Part shown: positions 58,401 to 64,000 of the stretch, piece by piece
How positions within the stretch are numbered: position 1 is the first letter of the stretch
How the letters are laid out: the number at the start of each line of letters is the position of its first letter
Origin: a virus
Strand: one strand, 5' to 3'
Length of the DNA: 64,000 nt
IMG/VR virus record: IMGVR_UViG_3300042914_002334
Location: 1-64,000 of that record
Made by a program: the position numbers and the translations under genes
The notes under the pieces: generated by a model
What the model was told of the DNA's origin: nothing
The model's database searches: none
Seen by the model: only the letters and a program-made list of their open reading frames with translations

Positions 58401-59516
58401 TCTATACGCTCTGGCGACTGATCTGTTTCCTGTAGGTGTATCTACTGAAAAATACAATACCTGTTTTGATTCGCGATCAATAAAGGTAAATGCCATAGAA
58501 GACCACGCGCCCTGAGAGAACGGGAAACTTCCATATATAGGAACAATATTGTCTTTTAGATATCCGGCATACGGAGAGAAGTTCAAATAGTCGCTTGTAT
58601 CTACATACTCTTTAGTTGCGCCGTCTGTTATTCCGTATCCTGCTATTGTTGTTGGCTTGCTTGATATGTCAGCGAAAGGAATAGTAGCAGATGCGGTAAA
58701 GGGCGCGGTTCCGGCACCTTTAACATATCCAGTAAGTGTTGATGCTCCAGTTCCGCCGTTTGTTACCGCTAATGTTCCACCAACAGTAAAAGTTCCGGAT
58801 GCTATTATTGGACCTCCGCTAAATGTCAGTCCGGTTGTACCCGGGTTTATTTGAATATAGGTAACGGTTCCGTTGTTTATCGTGCTTAGATTTGAATTTC
58901 CATCTATTTGTAGTCCATTACCAACTTTTATTCCACCCAATACTGTAGCAGATGCAACAGGGAACTCTCCATATTCCAAGTCAGTTCCTGCAACATTTAC
59001 TCTAAGATATGTTCCGGATGGACCAACTGAACTCTTTCCAGTTCCTCCATTGGCAATTGGCAATACTCCACTTACATCAGTTTCTAACGCAACTTTAGCA
59101 AGCGTGATGTTTGCTCCGTCACTACGAAGAACGGTATTTGGAGTTAGCGTGTTTGCTGCTAACGCATTTATTGCATCTTGTCTTGTTGATTTTCCAGTTC
59201 CACCCTTAGATATTGATAGAGGCGCAGATGATTCTCCAACAGAAAGAGTTCCAAACTCGTCAATTTCAAGTCCTGAACCGACTCTTATTACTCCAACGGC
59301 TGTCGTTGTCGCTATTGGAACTAATTCCCCAGAAATACTCTCGCTTGTAATAATTTCTGTGTTTCCGGGGGTTAGATTATTCTCAGTAGGTTCATTTCCT
59401 ATGTATAATTTTTTCTCGTCATACGCCCAACCCAATTCTCCAGAATCAAGTTGAGGGACTCCATCTGATGCGCTTCCTTTTCTGTTGATAATTTTACTTA
59501 TCTGAACTACTGCCAT
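55431..59516 (-). CDS. tail fibre/receptor-binding protein with gp37-N/Mtd_N-like N-terminus
   Basis: Start at ATG 59516 (GGAG RBS); MAVVQISKIINRKG..PQLDSGELGWAYDEKKLYIGN; GGTG repeats; large aromatic beta-rich domain; YFRT..WSPWTRIL knob. Confidence 0.8.
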   Translation of the reverse strand: MAVVQISKIINRKGSASDGVPQLDSGELGWAYDEKKLYIGNEPTENNLTPGNTEIITSESISGELVPIATTTAVGVIRVGSGLEIDEFGTLSVGESSAPLSISKGGTGKSTRQDAINALAANTLTPNTVLRSDGANITLAKVALETDVSGVLPIANGGTGKSSVGPSGTYLRVNVAGTDLEYGEFPVASATVLGGIKVGNGLQIDGNSNLSTINNGTVTYIQINPGTTGLTFSGGPIIASGTFTVGGTLAVTNGGTGASTLTGYVKGAGTAPFTASATIPFADISSKPTTIAGYGITDGATKEYVDTSDYLNFSPYAGYLKDNIVPIYGSFPFSQGAWSSMAFTFIDRESKQVLYFSVDTPTGNRSVARAYRYDITKPFVYDNNLVRPNFLSSTEKVSDILNLGTYFVTLRVATIAYPQNQTRIVIAKTYGSSNPADWTFANDVTQYANGRTNFALVPTSSGDRIIASTVASDSSQVVLTVYNNLLVQQRTQVLYDSAAMLNTSDTTGQGRVAPSSVPLLSYAPYGYISFTWNPFTQTFHQQFPIWYVYQNNSGNNVGASVALDLSWAIPKTWIENGTGTVSSLIPQKSGTFRYNLLKDSTWNTDTGGMSDTIGGAGIVSTLVTDEYEGNIYYSVRSTGTTIVAATIYRLSYSNAYVYKTFGNNNESKYTKAVEYIPDGSMWSKGVYSQFAHIIDNNILFAGESTRYGQKVIQASFSTTEFSSVALGQTNDTFKLDPTTSTVDSFNGAPQFIKDNQTPGAFGITVSGTTPIYYWSRPGFNIYTITASSNNVRTYTDTGVQFPAVSATLDGKTGVTVVGITLWNGNTSTPILYATVRDSSGLVYMARYQNSAWSLTTANILQTEIDAGKQNRNDQENQIFLALDSGHPVWSNNGRILFNFSISTIGGRTFYWASYDVNSAAVVTGDVTRFSSQSTGEGGYKSVFQWPGSTFGYSTTLGYYRASSIIAYVGMVFISSKDIRGVGAELTEDQWFNATAPRHQIYLSTESTTGLVAYTVDYPLFIGGYYTSVPTQTVQLNPNATNYIYLVKNPESRNSVGIRVSDIALPNSFERVLASKMVTNQTSILSQTDYIIRQRDTLDELLNVSTTNKQPGHIIAWNGVNWISARPTTGFDLFQLASPSPTPSFFPEYNIRGFVAYSSSDFPGNYFSGITISGQSDGLNRVYSSQLAFNWDDNGGTPTGVYFRTNDDTEDKTTWSPWTRILTDNDVGSVSGGYTPVSQIESTSVGAYSMIVGSQQVATNTLVTAANGWTRGGTITSFGVLFESPTLNLTLGENQFAVYPKNTTSPFIKSTHQLSGTWKIMSGAVGTTDIVVDFVNNTVVSAGASSGVVIMPYIVYLAIRVA

Positions 59517-59615
59517 AAATTGCTCCAAATCTATTTAGATTGAACTGTTATCGCATCTACTATTTTAGATAGTAGATGAACTATTATGTATTTATTCAGG
59601 CAGGAATAATTATCT

Positions 59616-60332
59616 CTATGCGTGTTTTAGATAGTATTGCTCTACTCTGCGCCACCACATATCACGATACTTAGAATATTCTGACCCTTCGAGAATAAAT
59701 TCTTGATACTCTGGGTCTTTGACAATTATTCCTCTATCATTTACCTCAGGCTTCACGCACATCATTACAACACCGCGATTTATGTTTGTATTATGTATCT
59801 CATTGTGAGCCTCGGCATAAGCACACAATTGAATAAAGTAGTCATCAATCCATTCTCGCTTTTTTGGCTTGTTTGTCTGCTTAAAGTCAATGATGCTTTC
59901 TTGATTTGTGTGAATACCTGCACAATCAGTTGTTCCAGCATATATCTTAGGGAAATATAAAGGAACTTCTATGCCCCAAAACTCATTGCAGTTTATCAAT
60001 CCGCTATTGATAACTACTCCTGCCATGTGCCAACTCGGTTGATGAAATGGATTTTTAGGCTTTTCATCAATCTGGCCGTTGCGTATGTAGGTTTCTAAGA
60101 AAGTGTGCATTTTGGTTCCACGATTAGCCGCTTCGGTTGTAATCTGCTGTGCCTTTTCTACCCCAACTCTCTTTTTCCATTCGTTTAGAACTTTAACTTT
60201 TTCTGGAGGTTTAGTAGCATCAAGTATGGTAGTGACGCTTGGAAGATATTCACCGTTGGGATCAACATATCTTCTTTTGCCATCTATCTCTTTTTTGTTT
60301 AGTGGTTTGTAATTGAATTTTGGATTATACAT
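59616..60332 (-). CDS. PD-(D/E)XK exonuclease-like protein
   Basis: LPSVTTIL, ANRGTKMH, EVPLY..YAGTTD, IIDFKQ, QLCAYA; start at ATG 60332. Confidence 0.85.
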   Translation of the reverse strand: MYNPKFNYKPLNKKEIDGKRRYVDPNGEYLPSVTTILDATKPPEKVKVLNEWKKRVGVEKAQQITTEAANRGTKMHTFLETYIRNGQIDEKPKNPFHQPSWHMAGVVINSGLINCNEFWGIEVPLYFPKIYAGTTDCAGIHTNQESIIDFKQTNKPKKREWIDDYFIQLCAYAEAHNEIHNTNINRGVVMMCVKPEVNDRGIIVKDPEYQEFILEGSEYSKYRDMWWRRVEQYYLKHA

Positions 60333-60334
60333 AT

Positions 60335-60370
60335 AAAAACAGCATAACAAATTGTTATGCTGCGTGTCAA
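60335..60370 (-). promoter_or_regulatory. terminator hairpin overlapping a sigma70-like promoter
   Basis: CAGCATAACAA-N-TTGTTATGCTG plus TTTTT; TTGACA(60365-60370)-18-TATGCT with extended TG. Confidence 0.65.
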
Positions 60371-60381
60371 GTAATATGGTA

Positions 60382-60711
60382 TTATTTTTTTAGAGTGCTC
60401 TTTGCCATCTTATCAACTAAGTCGGCTTGTTTCTCACCATCTGGTTCTGATTCGACATCATCTGCGCCCTTAAAAACTATATTGTCTCCATCTACATTCG
60501 CAACAATATTGCTTAGTGGGGGATTCTTTATCATTTTAAGAAACAATTCTTTGTCTACATTTAGACCGCGCTCATTTAGAGCGTTGAGAACAACATCCAA
60601 GTTGATTCTGTTTTTGTAACCTGTATCTTCGGAACGATTTTGATATTGACCTACAACTCCCGTGAGAATGGTAGCGTCAACTGATTCAGGCTCAAATTCG
60701 TATAACTTCAT
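60382..60711 (-). CDS. hypothetical protein (109 aa)
   Basis: MKLYEF start; TAATG-coupled. Confidence 0.7.
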   Translation of the reverse strand: MKLYEFEPESVDATILTGVVGQYQNRSEDTGYKNRINLDVVLNALNERGLNVDKELFLKMIKNPPLSNIVANVDGDNIVFKGADDVESEPDGEKQADLVDKMAKSTLKK

Positions 60712-61427
60712 TATCTGCGCTCGCGTCCGAGTCCGCTCATACGCTGCTTTGGTTCTTCTTCTGGTTCTTCTGGCAACTCTGGCATTTCTCCGCCCATTTC
60801 TGGTTCTTCCATGCCACCCATGTCGTCCATGCCTTCTGGGCCACCGATGTCACCCATGTCGCCCATTTCTCCAGTAGGCATTCCGCCATCACCAGTTACC
60901 GTATCCAACGCACCATTTAGTCCGTCTTTAGCGGTTTTTAGAGCCTCTTGCAAAGAAGACAATGCTTCTCCCGCAGCACTATTAAATTGCTCGGCTTCGT
61001 TTGCTCCAAATTCGCCAGAATTTTTCATACTTTCTACTACAGCATTCAATTCTTCTACATTCATCTTACTGACTTGTTCTATCATTTTTTGAATGTCGTC
61101 GATCATACTCTTTGCAGCAAGTATTACTTGTGATTTTTGAACTTCTTCGTTTTCTACAACGATTCGAGTTTGTGAGCGTAATTCTTGCAGATGCCCAGAA
61201 AGTGCTTGTTCCATCATTAGTAATTTCATATACGCAGGATTTTTGTGACTGCGATAATTACCAGTTGATGTTTTTGATTCTATAATCAAACCTCTAACTT
61301 TTGTTAGCATGCTTGAAGTTTTTTTGATGTTCATGTTGCTCAAAGATAAGTCGTAATCAAAAGATTCTTTTAGCACTTTAGATGCCAACTTGCTCTTTTT
61401 GTTTTCTTGAAGATCGGTTAAGTTCAT
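60711..61427 (-). CDS. helical acidic protein, putative prohead core/scaffold
   Basis: Coiled-coil body, Gly/Met/Glu-rich tail ending GLGRERR; ATAAATA (61469) and GAGG RBS. Confidence 0.5.
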   Translation of the reverse strand: MNLTDLQENKKSKLASKVLKESFDYDLSLSNMNIKKTSSMLTKVRGLIIESKTSTGNYRSHKNPAYMKLLMMEQALSGHLQELRSQTRIVVENEEVQKSQVILAAKSMIDDIQKMIEQVSKMNVEELNAVVESMKNSGEFGANEAEQFNSAAGEALSSLQEALKTAKDGLNGALDTVTGDGGMPTGEMGDMGDIGGPEGMDDMGGMEEPEMGGEMPELPEEPEEEPKQRMSGLGRERR

Positions 61428-61869
61428 TTTGAAATCCTCGTTCTTGGCATATTTTTGCCATTGTAATGTATTTATCTAATTCTCTCTGAAATGTATTTTG
61501 TCTTAAAATGTCTTGATCATGCTTGGTTGTATATATCATATACTCTTCAAGAGTGCCCTTTCTCATTTTGCTGTGAATCATTCTGTCTACGTTTATACTT
61601 TCCAATTTATGATCCAACTCTAATATTCTTCCGGCTTCATAAAACTTGTTATGTTTGTCCAGTATTGCCCATGCCGTGGCGTTTTTTACTCGATTGAACA
61701 AAAAAGTTTTTTCATCTCCATATCTGAATACTACCACATTATCTTTTTGCTTTGTCAAAACATACTTTTCAAACAACACATATGTGTTATTATTTTCTGG
61801 ATAAATCACACAATTTATCAAAGACGAATTTAGTAGCGTCTTAAAACTGGAAATAAGATTGTCATTCAT
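61378..61869 (-). CDS. hypothetical protein
   Basis: ORF track; start moved to ATG overlapping the upstream stop. Confidence 0.6.
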   Translation of the reverse strand: MNDNLISSFKTLLNSSLINCVIYPENNNTYVLFEKYVLTKQKDNVVVFRYGDEKTFLFNRVKNATAWAILDKHNKFYEAGRILELDHKLESINVDRMIHSKMRKGTLEEYMIYTTKHDQDILRQNTFQRELDKYITMAKICQERGFQNELNRSSRKQKEQVGI

Positions 61870-62308
61870 TGTTGTCAACTTCAAAGTGTATATTTTTATA
61901 TTCTGCTGTGGTATTTAGACGAGATATTAAACTCTTACATTCTTCCAAGTTTGTTATCATTGGAACATCATTGCAGTCTAAAATCAAGTTTCCGAGTTCA
62001 TTTACTCCATCGTCAAATACTCCAGACTGATAAACCGTAAACGAAAAACTCCACATACTTTGATTGTCATAAATGTCTTTGTATTCTGACCCCCATTTCG
62101 TGTCATTCGCTGATATCTTTTGTTTTTTAGAATCAGTAATATTTTCTGGCTGACTTCTCAAACTTATTATTTGTATAACTGTTTCGTAATTGACTTGTTG
62201 ATTTCTTTGCTTGACATACTCTGCCGTGCTTTCCATAGTGTTTGGCTTTCTTCTGCCAATATTGGTTTTTGTTATGTCAAAAAGAGTGTAGCATCTTATT
62301 TTAATCAT
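61862..62308 (-). CDS. hypothetical protein (MIKIRCYTLFDIT...)
   Basis: Track start lies across a terminator; ATG 62308 is 4 nt after TAAATA. Confidence 0.7.
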   Translation of the reverse strand: MIKIRCYTLFDITKTNIGRRKPNTMESTAEYVKQRNQQVNYETVIQIISLRSQPENITDSKKQKISANDTKWGSEYKDIYDNQSMWSFSFTVYQSGVFDDGVNELGNLILDCNDVPMITNLEECKSLISRLNTTAEYKNIHFEVDNNE

Positions 62309-62328
62309 AGAGTATTTACTGGATAATA

Positions 62329-62357
62329 AAAAACCCAGGAATAAATCCTGGGTTTTT
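62329..62357 (-). terminator. intrinsic terminator
   Basis: AAAAACCCAGGA-ATAAA-TCCTGGGTTTTT. Confidence 0.8.
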
Positions 62358-62375
62358 GTTTTCTTCAAACAGTAA

Positions 62376-62765
62376 TTATGCTAAGCCGCCCAATGTGACT
62401 GTTGCACCAGACAAGTCATATGTGTTGACTGTTCCAAGTGCGCGAACTGCTGTTTGCAATGCAGCGGCAGCATCGCCACCTGTTGGATACATAGCAACAC
62501 GATATGTGCCATCGTTGTTGAACTGATACATATGTAGTGTGCTCATTTGTGTCATTACACGCAATACAGCCTCGACTGCGCCGCCAGGACCGAATTGTGA
62601 CTGAACGCCAGTACCACCCAAATCGCCAACATAGAAGTCCAACTTTGGACCCTGTGGTTGAATTGGAATACCAGCGGAACCAGTTGTTGTTCCGTTTACA
62701 TATGCGCCTACATCATATACGGCTACGCCACTTGCATCACCGTTAGTTCTTGTAAAACCTGCCAT
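62376..62765 (-). CDS. small putative abundant virion protein (129 aa)
   Basis: Own late promoter, 5' hairpin, AAGGAG RBS and terminator; Gly/Ala/Thr-rich with few charges. Confidence 0.6.
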   Translation of the reverse strand: MAGFTRTNGDASGVAVYDVGAYVNGTTTGSAGIPIQPQGPKLDFYVGDLGGTGVQSQFGPGGAVEAVLRVMTQMSTLHMYQFNNDGTYRVAMYPTGGDAAAALQTAVRALGTVNTYDLSGATVTLGGLA

Positions 62766-62844
62766 TTTTAAATCTCCTTAATGTTGTGAGGTTAGTTTCC
62801 TCTACAATTATTTATCACTTTGTCAAAAAAACAAGCAATTAGGA

Positions 62845-63624
62845 TTATATTTGGTGTTCTATTCCGTAATACTTATAGTATCCCGCGTTCAGATATTTGA
62901 TAGTATCAATATCAGAAACTTGAAGTGGCTTAGTGGCGTCGGTAACATCAATCCACTTATCCTCAGTGAAGTTGAACTCGAATGTTCTATTTTGAGTTAT
63001 CAGTGTCGGTTTGTCTGGAATCGGTTTGCCTACTCCAGAACCAGTTGTTGGAATAATGCTTCCGTTGGTTGTCTTGTATGCATTCCAGGATGCCTCTGTT
63101 GGCTCAGAGTTAAGTGCCTTTGCAGATGGAGGGGCCGGCGCTGGCTCAGGACTAGTTGCTCGTTCTTCATTGTATATTGCCCAATATTGATTAGCCAACA
63201 TGTCAGATAATTGACGAGTTAGTCTTTTAGTTGTTCTGTATTGACTACCAAATCGTGTTATAACAGAGTCTAATTCAGTTTCTTGTTCTGGACTGAGTGT
63301 TGCAACTACATTTGCTTCCTTTTTTAGCATATTCAGAATAAATGATTTTACTGCAAACTCTACCGTTCCAGCAGTAAACGCTTCTTTAAGAATTTTTGCT
63401 TCTAATATTGACTCAAAGTGATGATAGTCGGTGAATTCTGTTAGATTTGGTTTTGATCTTAAATATCTATCCAACTCAGCGAAGAACTTGTCATAAAACA
63501 TTTTCTCTGCCATTTCAGAATCTCTTCTTTGAAATGCCAATCGTTGCTGCATGCCACCTAATACGCCGCTGCGTTTAATGGCATCAACAAAACTGCCTTC
63601 ATTGAGAAATTCTTTGCTCTTCAT
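62845..63624 (-). CDS. hypothetical protein, possible internal head protein
   Basis: MKSKEFLNE start; ILEAKILKEA. Confidence 0.6.
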   Translation of the reverse strand: MKSKEFLNEGSFVDAIKRSGVLGGMQQRLAFQRRDSEMAEKMFYDKFFAELDRYLRSKPNLTEFTDYHHFESILEAKILKEAFTAGTVEFAVKSFILNMLKKEANVVATLSPEQETELDSVITRFGSQYRTTKRLTRQLSDMLANQYWAIYNEERATSPEPAPAPPSAKALNSEPTEASWNAYKTTNGSIIPTTGSGVGKPIPDKPTLITQNRTFEFNFTEDKWIDVTDATKPLQVSDIDTIKYLNAGYYKYYGIEHQI

Positions 63625-63867
63625 TTACTTCTCGTTTCGTTTTAGACTTCTTGTGAATTTTCCTTGATCGCGATTTTTTATAGCAATCAATAGTTTCTTT
63701 TCTAAGATGGCAGCCTGCTCCGAACCAAAGTTTCTTTCAATTACTTCCATTAAATGAATGGCACTTGAAATAACATTGATCGCACGATTTTCAATAATGT
63801 GCTTGGTGTCAACATTTCTGCTAATGGATTCTAATTCTTCCAGTAGACTGCGCGTTTTGTTCTTCAT
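63625..63867 (-). CDS. hypothetical protein (80 aa)
   Basis: ATAAATA 5 nt before ATG. Confidence 0.7.
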   Translation of the reverse strand: MKNKTRSLLEELESISRNVDTKHIIENRAINVISSAIHLMEVIERNFGSEQAAILEKKLLIAIKNRDQGKFTRSLKRNEK

Positions 63868-63899
63868 AATAATATTTATCGATTTCAGGCTAAATCAGA

Positions 63900-64000
63900 T
63901 TATTGCTTTTTTAGATTGTTCAACATTGCTTTTAATTTTGAACCCTGAGCACTGGCAACGACAGTCTTTTCTGATTCTGTCTGCGTTATTTCTCCTGTGT
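63900..64000 (-). CDS. C-terminal end of a gene entering from outside the window
   Basis: ..TGEITQTESEKTVVASAQGSKLKAMLNNLKKQ*. Confidence 0.5.
   Translation of the reverse strand, partial: TGEITQTESEKTVVASAQGSKLKAMLNNLKKQ

Noticed and set aside
1-64000. Stop-codon recoding as in some jumbo phages
   Set aside because: Standard code gives dense, very long ORFs; TAA, TGA and TAG all end plausible genes
63900-64000. Assignment of the terminal partial ORF as a replicative helicase
   Set aside because: Only 32 low-complexity residues are visible; not supportable
1-64000. tRNA, rRNA or large ncRNA genes
   Set aside because: Intergenic gaps are short (under about 140 bp) and explained by promoters and hairpins; no cloverleaf signatures noticed

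Overview
AT-rich, densely coding segment of a large tailed (jumbo-type, T4-like) bacteriophage genome, almost all on the minus strand. Bases 1-41.5 kb are one block of 14 virion fibre/adhesin genes. They include a 3518-aa fibre, a 2224-aa protein with about 10 LamG modules and beta-helix depolymerase-like proteins, all built from shared, shuffled Gly/Thr/Ser-rich modules. Bases 41.6-64 kb carry a glycosyltransferase-like gene, ClpA-like ATPase, DnaJ, 3TM holin, PhoH, RFC/gp44-like clamp loader, GroES, a stand-alone DnaE fragment, two more fibre genes, a tail-assembly chaperone, a PD-(D/E)XK nuclease and small acidic putative head-core proteins. Many genes have a T4-late-like (A)TAAATA promoter, often followed by a 5' hairpin; three have sigma70-like promoters. 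The best candidate for an undescribed system is a plug-and-socket fibre chain. Five proteins end in a [DN]-x-G-x-[FY] peptide and seven begin with a T4 gp37-N/Mtd_N-like domain. Plug genes usually sit directly upstream of socket genes, and two proteins carry both ends. All product calls come from motif recognition by eye; no database searches were run.
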